DNA from: Francisella tularensis subsp. holarctica
GTDB taxonomy: Bacteria > Pseudomonadota > Gammaproteobacteria > Francisellales > CACEW01
Reading direction: 5' to 3'
DNA: 64,000 nt
Assembly: GCA_945860585.1 (NCBI GenBank)
Contig: CAMARA010000001.1
Coordinates: forward strand, 37,910-101,909
Under the pieces are notes generated by a model. That model was not told the DNA's origin. It did not search any database and saw nothing but the letters and a program-made list of their open reading frames with translations. Shown in pieces: positions 9,062-18,870 of the stretch. A program made the position numbers and the translations under genes. How positions within the stretch are numbered: position 1 is the first letter of the stretch; each line of letters begins with the position of its first letter.

Positions 9062-10138
9062 TTATATCCTTTTTTCGTGACTGAGCAACCATTGTTTGCG
9101 AGAGATTCCACCACCATATCCGCCCAGCGCACCGCCTGTATTGATGACGCGGTGACAGGGAATCACGATGGCGATTTGATTTGCTCCATTGGCATTGGCT
9201 ACTGCGCGGCAACTTGAAGGTCTGCCGATTTGAACGGCTAATTCCTGATAAGAGCAGGTTTGACCTGGAGGAATGGTCTGTAAGGCTTGCCAGACTTGTT
9301 GTTGAAAGGGGGATCCCAGCAAAAACAAGGGCGTTTTGAATTGAGTCAGTTTGCCCTCAAAATAGGCGTGAAGCTCCTGGCGGATGGATTGAATGGGGGC
9401 GGTTTCTCCAGGCAAAATGGCAGCTTTGGTTCTTTTGCGTAAGCGTTCTACTTCGCGCTCCAGGCCACGGCGATCAACAAATTCGAGCAAATACAAATCG
9501 GTCTCGCTGCCGATGGCGATCATCGGGCCTAATGGTGTATCAAGCCAGGCTGCTTTCAGGATGAGATGCTGGTTTATTTTGCTGGGCACAGTTCCCATAA
9601 TCCGTGAGAAAGCATCGCGAAAGCCGCTGTCAGACTCATATCCTGCCTCAAGTTGAGACTCAAGCACTGACTTGCCAGTGCGAATATGTTTCATGGCGAG
9701 GCCCATGCGTCGTGCTCGGGCATATTCAATCAATGTCATGCCGAAGCGCTTTTTGAATTGACGTCTTGCGGTGGAGAGGTCGATGTCCAGATCAGCAAAA
9801 TCTTTTTCTTGCCAACGCTTTTGAGGCTCCGCTTCCACTGCGGCCACCAGCTTTTCAATCAGTGGTGAGACACGTTGTGGATGAGATAAGGGGCGGCAGC
9901 GTTTGCAGGGGCGGAATGAAGCCAGCAATGCCTCTTCAGCGGTTCGAAAAAATTCACAATTTTCCAGTTTAGGCTTACGTGCAGAGCAGGTTGGGTGGCA
10001 GAATACACCTGTGGTTTTCACGCCCACAAAAAACACGCCATCGAATTCACTGTCCTTGGCTAAGAGTGCTTTGTAAAAGACGGCCTTTTCTAAATCGCTG
10101 ATCATGATTTTATTCTCTCTGAAGTTTGGTAAGATCAT
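9062..10138 (-). CDS. ada: bifunctional Ada: AraC-type regulator / methylated-DNA-protein-cysteine methyltransferase
   Basis: N-terminal Ada Zn cluster 'FCHPTCSARKPK...CKRC', a central AraC HTH, and the C-terminal 'IPCHRVI' MGMT active site. Alternative start at 10105. Confidence 0.85.
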   Translation of the reverse strand: MILPNFRENKIMISDLEKAVFYKALLAKDSEFDGVFFVGVKTTGVFCHPTCSARKPKLENCEFFRTAEEALLASFRPCKRCRPLSHPQRVSPLIEKLVAAVEAEPQKRWQEKDFADLDIDLSTARRQFKKRFGMTLIEYARARRMGLAMKHIRTGKSVLESQLEAGYESDSGFRDAFSRIMGTVPSKINQHLILKAAWLDTPLGPMIAIGSETDLYLLEFVDRRGLEREVERLRKRTKAAILPGETAPIQSIRQELHAYFEGKLTQFKTPLFLLGSPFQQQVWQALQTIPPGQTCSYQELAVQIGRPSSCRAVANANGANQIAIVIPCHRVINTGGALGGYGGGISRKQWLLSHEKRI

Positions 10139-10216
10139 TATAGTGAATTTAAACTTTTTTGCCGCCGAAAATCAGGCGTTGATTTTTTTGTGCGCATTGA
10201 ATTGGAGTGCTGTCAA

Positions 10217-10792
10217 ATGTCGGAAATAAAAGTGCGTTGTTTTGGGGGTAAGCCAGGCCAGGGGTTGTATGCACAGTATCATGATGAAGAATGGGGTATT
10301 CCTGTGCATGATGACCAGCATTTATTTGAGATGTTGATTTTGGAAGGCGCTCAAGCGGGTTTAAGTTGGGAGACTATTTTGAAACGGCGCGAGGCCTATC
10401 GTGCTGTTTTTCACCATTTTGATCCCGTGAAGGTCGCTGCCATGACCGATCAAGATCTGATGCGGCTTTGCGCGGATATCCGTATTATTCGTAATCGTTT
10501 AAAGATTTTTGCCGCACGCCAAAATGCGCAAGTTTTTTTGCAGATTCAAAAAGAATTTGGCAGTTTTGATGCTTATGTGTGGCGTTTTGTGGGTGGAGCG
10601 CCCATCCAAAACCACTGGCATTGGTTTGAGGTGCCCGTCACGACTCCCGAGAGTGATGCCTTATCGAAGGATTTAAAAAAACGGGATATGAAATTTGTGG
10701 GTTCAACAATTCTTTACGCTTTTATGCAGGCAGTGGGCATGGTTAATGACCACCCCATTAATTGTTGGCGTTACTCTGCCTCTGTCGATTAA
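10217..10792 (+). CDS. tag: DNA-3-methyladenine glycosylase I
   Basis: 'YHDEEWGIPVHDD' and 'LEGAQAGLSWETIL' Tag signatures. ggag RBS before ATG 10217; the track ORF begins at GTG 10190. Divergent from ada. Confidence 0.85.
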   Translation: MSEIKVRCFGGKPGQGLYAQYHDEEWGIPVHDDQHLFEMLILEGAQAGLSWETILKRREAYRAVFHHFDPVKVAAMTDQDLMRLCADIRIIRNRLKIFAARQNAQVFLQIQKEFGSFDAYVWRFVGGAPIQNHWHWFEVPVTTPESDALSKDLKKRDMKFVGSTILYAFMQAVGMVNDHPINCWRYSASVD

Positions 10793-10892
10793 TTAATTTG
10801 TCAGTAAACACTCAAAGATTTTACCCCCTGAAAACTCTAGGCGAAAATATGCCGATAAAATCTTCGGATAAAAATCAACGCCGTATGTCCCC

Positions 10893-11783
10893 TTAATGTT
10901 TAAAAAAGCGTTCCATAAACTGGCGGCTTACTTTATATATCCCGGCATGGGTGCTTGCCCAGGTGTTTTGTTTAACAGTAAAGCCCACCGTGGCCAACGC
11001 TTTGTGTAAACTTAAAAGCGGCATCAACGCTTCATATTCAGGGAGGGGGCGAATACTGATATATCCAGCGAGAAAGCTTTTTTTATGGTGCGGGTCAGCG
11101 ACCCAAGTTCCATATTCCAGCGAACACAAGTCCTCTTCCGCAAAGCTGGCGCGCCCTGAAGCCCAGTCAATAATGCCTTGCAGTTTTCCCTCATTGATAA
11201 TGATATTGCCAGGGCGAAAATCTCGATGAATGATGCAGGGGCCATCCACGACCTTCAACAAATCGATATGGGTCTTATAGTATTGGCGGCATTGCTCCAA
11301 CAGAACGTTGGGTAGGTGATCGCTACTCTCAGCAAAGCCTTCCTCAAATTTTTGCATAAAATAAACGCGTGGGTCTGAGTTTAAATCTTCAGGCTGAGTC
11401 AAGTCTCCAAAAGCACTTGCACGATGGAGATGAATTCGTGCCAATAGCGATCCCAGTTCATAGGCTAGAGCGGGGGTAAAATCTGTTATTTGAAGAAGTC
11501 TTCCAGGTAGATATTCCATGAGAATTGCACCGGGTAGATCTGGCTCTGGCGGTATTAGTTGAACAATCTGCGGTACAGGCAATTCTCCTGCAAAATACTT
11601 CAAAAAATAGGCCTCCCGTAAATAATCTGAAGGGCGCGTGCATATTTTTAAAATCAGCGGGGTGCCCGTAGGCGGTATGATTTTATAAACAATCGCAACC
11701 ATCGCATCTTCATGCTCGATGCGCGAGAAGAGAGCATGAGGTAAATTAAGGCGTTGCTGATAGATGGAGAGGAGTTCATTCAT
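10893..11783 (-). CDS. APH-family phosphotransferase (aminoglycoside/small-molecule kinase fold)
   Basis: 'IIHRDFRPGNIII' catalytic loop and 'GIIDWASG' metal-binding motif. Confidence 0.75.
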   Translation of the reverse strand: MNELLSIYQQRLNLPHALFSRIEHEDAMVAIVYKIIPPTGTPLILKICTRPSDYLREAYFLKYFAGELPVPQIVQLIPPEPDLPGAILMEYLPGRLLQITDFTPALAYELGSLLARIHLHRASAFGDLTQPEDLNSDPRVYFMQKFEEGFAESSDHLPNVLLEQCRQYYKTHIDLLKVVDGPCIIHRDFRPGNIIINEGKLQGIIDWASGRASFAEEDLCSLEYGTWVADPHHKKSFLAGYISIRPLPEYEALMPLLSLHKALATVGFTVKQNTWASTHAGIYKVSRQFMERFFKH

Positions 11784-12195
11784 AAAAAAGTGCAGCGCTC
11801 TATATAAAAATATAGTTTACGTCAGTCCGTACATTGTGACAAGGCTCAATTATTCCAAAAAATAATCACGAATCGACGATGATTATGAGCGCCTTGTCGC
11901 CCTTATTTCGATCAAATCATAAAAAACAACCAAAACCGTCAATCTAAAATTCCCTCAAAAAAACTCCAAAAATGCAAAAACTGACACAAATTTTTGCACC
12001 ATCAAAAAATATTAAAAATCCCATTTCTCTGCAAACCTTAATTCACAAGGCTTTAAGCCTGTTCGGAGAATAATCAGTTTTTTCTACCCCCTGCAAGTGC
12101 AAGCAGAAAGTGCTTTCGTTTTAGGCGGTTACGACCTGTATTTGAAATATTCTATAGTTGTGATTGTCGAACAAAATTATTTAACGGAGACGATC

Positions 12196-12426
12196 ATGAA
12201 CAAATACGAACTTGAATGCACTATGAATTTATCAGGCTTTGGGGAGTGCTTTGACTTCCTGGGGGTTGATGCAACCGACTTTTCTGTAACGGATGAAGCC
12301 CTAATGATGGAGGAACGTGTGCAAACTTTCCAAAAATCCATCCGTCGCAGAAAAGATTTTTTAGAGCTGGAAGATCTGAATGCGCTCAGTGAATTGGACT
12401 TTAACCATGATCGGCGGTTTGTATGA
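12196..12426 (+). CDS. hypothetical small acidic protein, first gene of the trb operon
   Basis: ggaga RBS 7 nt before ATG 12196. Stop overlaps the trbB start. No family recognised. Confidence 0.45.
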   Translation: MNKYELECTMNLSGFGECFDFLGVDATDFSVTDEALMMEERVQTFQKSIRRRKDFLELEDLNALSELDFNHDRRFV

Positions 12427-13388
12427 TGAACAATCTTACTGCCCGTATCAAACAACTTGAAGAGGCCTGTGGGGAGATTATTCTCAATCCCTTGCGCGAT
12501 CCTCTGGTGACGGAATTGATGCTGAATCCTGACAGTATCTTGTGGATTGAGCACCGTCAAAATGGGGTCATTCAGGCAGGGGAAATCTCACCAGGCCAGG
12601 CTGAGCGGATTATTCGTAAGATCGCGGGGATTGTTGAGGCAGAGGTCAATTATGACAATCCAATTTTGGAGTGCGAGTTTCCGATTGATCATTCGCGCTT
12701 TGAAGGCGTCTTGCCGCCTTTGGTTAAGCGACCCAGCTTTACGATTCGTAAAAAGGCGGAGGCCGTCTATACCTTTGATGACTATATTCGCAAAGGGGCA
12801 CTGACCGCTGAACAAGCCAGAGTCATTCGCCAGGCGATTGCAGAGCGTAAAAATATTCTCGTCTGCGGTGGGCCTGGTACGGGTAAAACCACTTTTGTGA
12901 ACGCCTGCATTTATGAGCTCACCAAAATCGCGCCAGAGTCAGAACGGTTGCTGATTTTAGAGGACGTGCCCGAGCTGCAATGTTCAGCCAAAAATGTGGT
13001 GCAGATGGTGACAAACCGCATCATCAAAAATCCCGTTGACCTGCAAAAGCTGATCTTTGTGGCCATGCGTTCCAGACCCGATCGCATTCTGATTGGTGAA
13101 GTCCGTGATAAAGCCATGCTGGATTTAATGAAAGCCTGGAATACAGGCTGTCCTGGAGGGATTGCCACCGTTCACGCCAACGATACGCACTCAGCCGTTC
13201 AACGCTGTTTATCTTTGGCTGAAGAGGCTGGCGTTGAAAAACCAATCTCTCTGCTACTGGAAACGATCGATCTGATCGTCGCCATCGAGCGCAACAATTT
13301 TACCCTTGAGCGCAGAGTCAAAAACATTTCGAGCCTGGAGGGATATGACCCTCTGACCCAGAAATTCTCATTCAAAGAATTGAACTGA
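12423..13388 (+). CDS. trbB: P-type conjugative transfer ATPase TrbB (VirB11 family)
   Basis: Walker A 'GGPGTGKTT' and the 'RILIGEVRD' Asp-box region. Position at the head of the trb cluster. Confidence 0.9.
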   Translation: MMNNLTARIKQLEEACGEIILNPLRDPLVTELMLNPDSILWIEHRQNGVIQAGEISPGQAERIIRKIAGIVEAEVNYDNPILECEFPIDHSRFEGVLPPLVKRPSFTIRKKAEAVYTFDDYIRKGALTAEQARVIRQAIAERKNILVCGGPGTGKTTFVNACIYELTKIAPESERLLILEDVPELQCSAKNVVQMVTNRIIKNPVDLQKLIFVAMRSRPDRILIGEVRDKAMLDLMKAWNTGCPGGIATVHANDTHSAVQRCLSLAEEAGVEKPISLLLETIDLIVAIERNNFTLERRVKNISSLEGYDPLTQKFSFKELN

Positions 13389-13429
13389 TTAAACAAACCA
13401 ACCACAACCACCAACCAAGGAGACCACAA

Positions 13430-13648
13430 ATGGACTACAACAGAGATGCCAACCAAGACGATTTATTAATGGCTTGGGAGCTGAACACCAACAAAATCGT
13501 ATCACTATTGGAGGCCACACTGCTTTTACGCTTGCGTATTCAGCACTGTGTTCCAGAGAAGGATTTCTCAGATGCGATTTTGATGGATTCGCTCAAGGGC
13601 AATCTTAAGCAATTGAATGCCATGGGGAGGATTCGCCATGCCGTTTAA
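13430..13648 (+). CDS. hypothetical small protein between trbB and trbC
   Basis: Strong aaggaga RBS before the ATG. 72 aa, no recognisable motif. Confidence 0.4.
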   Translation: MDYNRDANQDDLLMAWELNTNKIVSLLEATLLLRLRIQHCVPEKDFSDAILMDSLKGNLKQLNAMGRIRHAV

Positions 13649-13697
13649 AAAGCTTTTTTCAAAAAACATCCCATCCACAACACAGGAGTACTCAATT

Positions 13698-14039
13698 ATG
13701 AATACCAAAAAAGTCACTATCTTAAATCGGATTGCCAATTTGATTCCAAAGGCAATCTGGTCAATGTCTCTGCTGCTTTCAAGCAATTTCTGCTTTGCGG
13801 CAAAGGCGGACGGTTATCAATTCACTGGAGCGCTTTACAACATCATGATGGAATTACAAGGCCCACCGATCATGATCATCACCGCAATCGGCATTATGGC
13901 AGCAGGATTTTTCTGGGTGTTCAAAGGCCATGACGTCGGTATGAAACAAGTGGTCAGCGCGCTGATTGGCGGCGGACTGGTTTTATCCGCACCCAGCTTG
14001 ATCATGATGGTGCCTGGTATCACTGGCGCAATGATTTAA
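13698..14039 (+). CDS. trbC: TrbC/VirB2-family pilin precursor
   Basis: aggag RBS before ATG 13698. Signal-like N-terminus ending 'FCFAAKA' and two hydrophobic helices. Position before the VirB3/VirB4 homologues. Confidence 0.8.
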   Translation: MNTKKVTILNRIANLIPKAIWSMSLLLSSNFCFAAKADGYQFTGALYNIMMELQGPPIMIITAIGIMAAGFFWVFKGHDVGMKQVVSALIGGGLVLSAPSLIMMVPGITGAMI

Positions 14040-14053
14040 GGAGGGACTCAATC

Positions 14054-14374
14054 ATGCGTGGAACAAAAATGTCGATCAATCGGGCGCTATCACGCGAGAT
14101 GCTGTTTTTTGGCGTCGATAAAGCGCCCCTCTGTCTGTATGGGCTGATTGCGGTACTGATGATTTATGTCACCCGCTTTAACTTCCCCTATGTCTTGGCT
14201 GGGCCTTTAGTTTTCTGCTTCTTCCATGCGATTGCTGTGTGGGGATTCAAGAAAGATCCCAAAATCGTGAAGGTCTTAGCCAATCACTTTCGCTACAAGG
14301 GATTTTATCAACCCGTGAGCTTTGCTAGAGCCAGAGTCAGCATACAAAAAATCACGTCCATCCCCGCAGTCTAA
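14054..14374 (+). CDS. trbD: TrbD/VirB3-family protein
   Basis: About 100 aa, 'REMLFFGVDK' followed by two TM helices. Sits immediately upstream of the VirB4 homologue. Alternative start at 14069. Confidence 0.8.
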   Translation: MRGTKMSINRALSREMLFFGVDKAPLCLYGLIAVLMIYVTRFNFPYVLAGPLVFCFFHAIAVWGFKKDPKIVKVLANHFRYKGFYQPVSFARARVSIQKITSIPAV

Positions 14375-14391
14375 CCCAAGGAGAACGACTC

Positions 14392-16899
14392 ATGACAAAC
14401 CCTATAAACCAAATCACCCAAATTGTAAGGGCCGCATTTCGGCCCTTGGTGAAAACCAGCAAGACCCGAATGGCGCTTCATAAAAAAGGCGAACAGGTGG
14501 GCCTCAACGAATTGCTCGGCTATCTGATGTATTTCGAGCCAGGCACCATTCTGATGAAAGATGGTGCCTTCATGGCGGTCTTTGCCTATCGTGGCCCAGA
14601 TGTTGAATCATCTACTGACAGCGAGCTTGATCAAATCGTCTTAACCCTGAATCACGCCCTCAAAATGCTGGATTCAGGTTGGATGGTCGAATTTAATCTT
14701 GTCCGTTTGCAGTCGAACGAATATTTGTCAGGACAAAGCTTCCCTGATCCAGTATCCGCGCTGATTGAAGATGAACGCCGCTCGCAATATCAAACCGAAG
14801 GCGTGCATTTTGATACCTTGACCTATCTGACTCTGACCTATTTGCCAGATCGCCAGTTGAAGTCATCGATCAAGCGCTTTTTTATGGAATCGGATCAGCC
14901 GATTAAAGATGTCACCATCAATGACCTCCATAAGCGCTTTGAGGAAAAAATCTCAGCCGCGATGGATGTCCTGACCAAATATCTACGGGTCGATCGTCTG
15001 ATTGGGAAAAACCTGCTGACTTATATGCACTATTGTCTAACGGGTCAGAGCCAATCAGTTCAGGTGCCACCTGTCGCATTATTCCTGGATTCCTATCTCA
15101 GTCACGAAAATTTTGTGGGTGGGATCAGGCCCAGGATCGGCAATAAACATATCCGCGTGATCAATGTTTCCGAATATCCCTCCGAAGTCTATCCGACGGT
15201 GATGGAGTTTTTGAACAGCATGCCCATGGTCTATCGTTGGTCGCTGCGTTTTATCCCGCTCTCACAAGCAGGTGCAGAGGAAAAGCTTAAGGCCATTGGG
15301 CGCGGCTGGTATCAAAAAGCATTGGGTTTTAAAGGGATTGCACGCCAGGCATTTGGTGGGCAACCTACGCTTGAAAATGGCGATGCGGCAGACATGGTGG
15401 CTCAAATTGATCGTGCTAAAAACCTCAATTCATCCGGTGTGGTGCGCTTTGGCTATGTCACCAATGTCATCGTACTCATGAATGATGATGCCAATAAGTT
15501 GGAAGAGGAAGTGCGCATGGTTTCGCGCGGCCTTCAGCAACTAGGCTTTATGGTGAAGGACGAAGATTATAACTGCATCGATGCCTTTTTGGGTTCGCTG
15601 CCAGGCCATGGTGAGCGCAATATTCGCAAGGTATTGCTCAACTCGTATGAATTATCCTGCATGGCTCCTGTCAGCGCGATTTATCAGGGTGAGCAATTTT
15701 GTCCTTGCCCATTCTATCCTGAAGAATCTCCACCTCTGTTTTATTCGGCGACTCAAGGTGCAACGCCGTTTAGGTTCAATATCCATGTGGGAGATCTCGG
15801 GCATACGATGATTATTGGGCCGACTGGTTCAGGAAAATCCACCTTTCTGGGCTTGCTGATTGCTCAACACCGCAAATACAGGGACTCGCACGTCTATGTG
15901 TTTGATAAAGATAATTCCAACAAAGTGGTCACATTATCTCTGGGTGGTGATTATTACGATGTGGGGCAGAATCATAGCATCAGCCTCGCGCCGCTATCCC
16001 ATATCGATGATCCTGAGGAATTCGATTGGACGTTAGGTTTTATCGAAGACCTCCTGATTCTGCAAGGCCAGGCGCCAAGTCCAGAGGAAAAAGCCGAAAT
16101 CAGAGATGCACTGAACAACCTGAAGGATTCCAACAAAAACACCTGGAATTTAGGGGGGCTAGCTGATCTGATCCAGGATACCAAAATACGTAAAGTACTC
16201 GATGTCTATACGGAGTCTGAGGCGATGAGCTCATTGATCAACGCAACGGAAGATCAAATCAATATGAGTTCGCTGATGGCCTTTGAAATGGGTTGGCTAT
16301 TGGATCAGAAGGAGGCTTTTTATTTGCCAGTGATTGACTATCTGTTCCGCGTTTTGTACCGCCAATTTAAAAAGCGTCACCCTGCGTTATTGGTTTTGGA
16401 TGAAGGCTGGTTGTACTTGGACAATCCATACTTTGCCAAAAAGCTGAAGGATTGGTTTAAAACGCTGCGCAAATTCAACGTATCCATTGTGATTGCAACC
16501 CAGTCTTTACAGGATGCCGCAAAATCTGCCATCAGTTCCGTATTGCTGGAATCCTGCAAAACGAAGATCTATTTGCCGAATGATTCCATGACCGATGAAT
16601 CCAAGGCCATGTATCAATTCTGCGGGCTCAATGACCGCCAAATTGACATCATCGGCAGTGCGAAACCTAAACGTGATTATTACGTCATGTATCCCAATGA
16701 CAAGCGCCTAATCACTCTGGGTTTAGGCGAGCTAACGCTGGCGTTTATCGGGATCTCCAAAAAAGAGGATATTGCCTCCTTTATGGAAGTCTATGACTGC
16801 AGCAATCCCAACTGGATCTCAGTCTGGCTAGAGCAAAGAGGCCTTGCCACTTGGAGTGCCCACTTCAATCAACATTACGCGGAGGTGAATCATGCGTAA
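14392..16899 (+). CDS. trbE: conjugal transfer ATPase TrbE (VirB4 family)
   Basis: 835 aa, Walker A 'GPTGSGKST', Walker B 'LLVLDEGW'. Confidence 0.92.
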   Translation: MTNPINQITQIVRAAFRPLVKTSKTRMALHKKGEQVGLNELLGYLMYFEPGTILMKDGAFMAVFAYRGPDVESSTDSELDQIVLTLNHALKMLDSGWMVEFNLVRLQSNEYLSGQSFPDPVSALIEDERRSQYQTEGVHFDTLTYLTLTYLPDRQLKSSIKRFFMESDQPIKDVTINDLHKRFEEKISAAMDVLTKYLRVDRLIGKNLLTYMHYCLTGQSQSVQVPPVALFLDSYLSHENFVGGIRPRIGNKHIRVINVSEYPSEVYPTVMEFLNSMPMVYRWSLRFIPLSQAGAEEKLKAIGRGWYQKALGFKGIARQAFGGQPTLENGDAADMVAQIDRAKNLNSSGVVRFGYVTNVIVLMNDDANKLEEEVRMVSRGLQQLGFMVKDEDYNCIDAFLGSLPGHGERNIRKVLLNSYELSCMAPVSAIYQGEQFCPCPFYPEESPPLFYSATQGATPFRFNIHVGDLGHTMIIGPTGSGKSTFLGLLIAQHRKYRDSHVYVFDKDNSNKVVTLSLGGDYYDVGQNHSISLAPLSHIDDPEEFDWTLGFIEDLLILQGQAPSPEEKAEIRDALNNLKDSNKNTWNLGGLADLIQDTKIRKVLDVYTESEAMSSLINATEDQINMSSLMAFEMGWLLDQKEAFYLPVIDYLFRVLYRQFKKRHPALLVLDEGWLYLDNPYFAKKLKDWFKTLRKFNVSIVIATQSLQDAAKSAISSVLLESCKTKIYLPNDSMTDESKAMYQFCGLNDRQIDIIGSAKPKRDYYVMYPNDKRLITLGLGELTLAFIGISKKEDIASFMEVYDCSNPNWISVWLEQRGLATWSAHFNQHYAEVNHA

Positions 16900-17632
16900 A
16901 AAAATAACAGTCGTTCTCTCGGCGCTCATCCTTTTTGGATGCGTCGAGAATGCCGCGGCGATGGTGGTATTTGATCCGATTAATTTTGGTAAAAATTCCA
17001 TCACAGCTCTGCAAACCACTCAAATGGTTTTGCAGCAGGTGCAGGCCTATCAAACCCAATTGCAGCAATACGATCTGCAATTAAAAAACATCAAAAATTT
17101 CGGGAGCTTTACCTGGCAGGATATGTCACAAACGCTGGCGAATCTGGGGAGTGCGATTCAAACGGGGCAGTCTTTGGCCTACTCCATGTCAAATATGAAT
17201 TCAGCGTTTAAGGCAATGTATCCAGGTTATCAATCCCCGCAAAACTACCAGCAGTCCTATCAAAACTGGTCAACCAGCACCTTGGATACGGTGCGCGGGG
17301 CTTTGGACTCGATCTCACTCCAAGCATCTGATTTTGCCACGGAGGAACAGACCATCAACTCTTTACGCGGTCTTGCCAATAATCCGACGGGCCAATTGCA
17401 GGCCGTTCAGATGGGCAACATGCTCGCTGGGGAGGGGGTCAATCAACTCGAAGAATTGCGTCAGCTAGAAATGACGCAGATCAACAGCCAAAACAGTTAT
17501 ATGGCGTACCAGGTGCAAAAAGATCAGGCCCAGCGAAGTGAGAGTAATGATCTCATCAACGGCATGAATAGCACCTATCCGCAATATCAAAACCAAAACG
17601 GTTTTGGCCCAATGCAACCCTTTGGCCAGTAG
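16892..17632 (+). CDS. trbJ: P-type conjugative transfer protein TrbJ (VirB5-like)
   Basis: Signal peptide, 'MVVFDPINFGKN' motif and a Q-rich coiled coil. Overlaps trbE by 8 nt. Confidence 0.85.
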   Translation: MRKKITVVLSALILFGCVENAAAMVVFDPINFGKNSITALQTTQMVLQQVQAYQTQLQQYDLQLKNIKNFGSFTWQDMSQTLANLGSAIQTGQSLAYSMSNMNSAFKAMYPGYQSPQNYQQSYQNWSTSTLDTVRGALDSISLQASDFATEEQTINSLRGLANNPTGQLQAVQMGNMLAGEGVNQLEELRQLEMTQINSQNSYMAYQVQKDQAQRSESNDLINGMNSTYPQYQNQNGFGPMQPFGQ

Positions 17633-17641
17633 GAGAACATC

Positions 17642-18850
17642 ATGCAAATGCAAATCTTTGACACGATGACTAATGAGTATCTTCAGGCGACCCAGCACTG
17701 GTTTACGCAGGTGGAAGCTGCCGGAATGACGCTTATGGTAATCCTGCTGGTGATTCAGCTCACCTTAAAACTGAGCAAAGCCATAATGACAGGTGAAGGT
17801 AATGCGGTGACGATGATGGTTCATTCCATCAAAAACATCGTGCTGCTTTCAGTTCTCTACTATCTGATGACCAATGCAGGGACATTGCTGCCAAAACTCT
17901 TCAATTCGTTTTCACAATTGGGAGTGGCAGGCTCAACGATTACCAGTCTTGATCCGTCGAGTGTAGTGAGCGAAGGCTTAGCCATCGCAAGCGCCATTCT
18001 GCAAAGCTTCAACGGCTGGGGAGTGCTGACTGATATCGCCTTTTCATTCTTCGGCGTCTTCTGCTGTATTGCGGTCGTGGTCTGTTATGGCCTGATTGCG
18101 GCGGAGCTGATGATCACCCTGATTGAGAGCTATTTTTTAGTCGCAGTCAGTGCGCTCTTCATCGCCTTTGGCGCAACCAGCTACACCCTCCCGATGGCGC
18201 GTGAATATATCGGGATGACCGTAGCTGTCGGCATAAAACTCATGATGCTGTACGTCATGATCGCAATTGGCGTGCAATTGGGTAGCGATTGGGCGCAATT
18301 GATCAATCAGGCGACTCAAGCAAAAGACTGGTCAACCTACCTTGGCGTTGCAGTAGGATCAATCATTTATTACCTGATTGTGAAAAGCGTTCCCTCCAAA
18401 ATAGCCTCTGCCGCCTCTCACTCCTTTGCAATCAGTCACATGGACAGTGTGGCTGGTACAGCAACAGGCAGCGTTGCTAAAACCATTGCAGGCGTTTCGA
18501 TGGGAATGGGTGCAATGGCTTTAGCTAAAACTGCGGTACATGCAACAGGAGATAGCGCTAATTGGTTGCACGGCAAAATGTCGAGCTTTTTGGGCAATGG
18601 AAGCAGCAGCGGCCTTGATGGCGCTGCGGGCAGTGTGCAAGGCATCGGCAATCAATCATCGAGTCTTGCCTCAGGCATGTTGACCCATTTTGGCAGCAGC
18701 CATTCAGGCAATGGCGGAATGTCAGATCTATCCCCTGGCGGAGGCGGAAAAAGTGGAGGCAGTCTCATCACGCCTTCGGTGATTCACCTGCCAGGGCCAG
18801 AGTCGGCGAATCGTAAAGGTCAAAGTGATTTGTTCGCAACCAGCAATTAA
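17642..18850 (+). CDS. trbL: P-type conjugative transfer protein TrbL (VirB6-like)
   Basis: Polytopic membrane protein following trbJ, with a Gly/Ser-rich C-terminal tail. Confidence 0.85.
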   Translation: MQMQIFDTMTNEYLQATQHWFTQVEAAGMTLMVILLVIQLTLKLSKAIMTGEGNAVTMMVHSIKNIVLLSVLYYLMTNAGTLLPKLFNSFSQLGVAGSTITSLDPSSVVSEGLAIASAILQSFNGWGVLTDIAFSFFGVFCCIAVVVCYGLIAAELMITLIESYFLVAVSALFIAFGATSYTLPMAREYIGMTVAVGIKLMMLYVMIAIGVQLGSDWAQLINQATQAKDWSTYLGVAVGSIIYYLIVKSVPSKIASAASHSFAISHMDSVAGTATGSVAKTIAGVSMGMGAMALAKTAVHATGDSANWLHGKMSSFLGNGSSSGLDGAAGSVQGIGNQSSSLASGMLTHFGSSHSGNGGMSDLSPGGGGKSGGSLITPSVIHLPGPESANRKGQSDLFATSN

Positions 18851-18870
18851 CAACCAAAGGAGATAATGCT

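Noticed and set aside
12064-12070. Possible att direct repeat of the tRNA-Ser 3' end at the left edge of the island
   Set aside because: Only a 7-nt match (cggagaa) to 28359-28365 was seen, which is far too short to call an att core. A proper alignment is needed.
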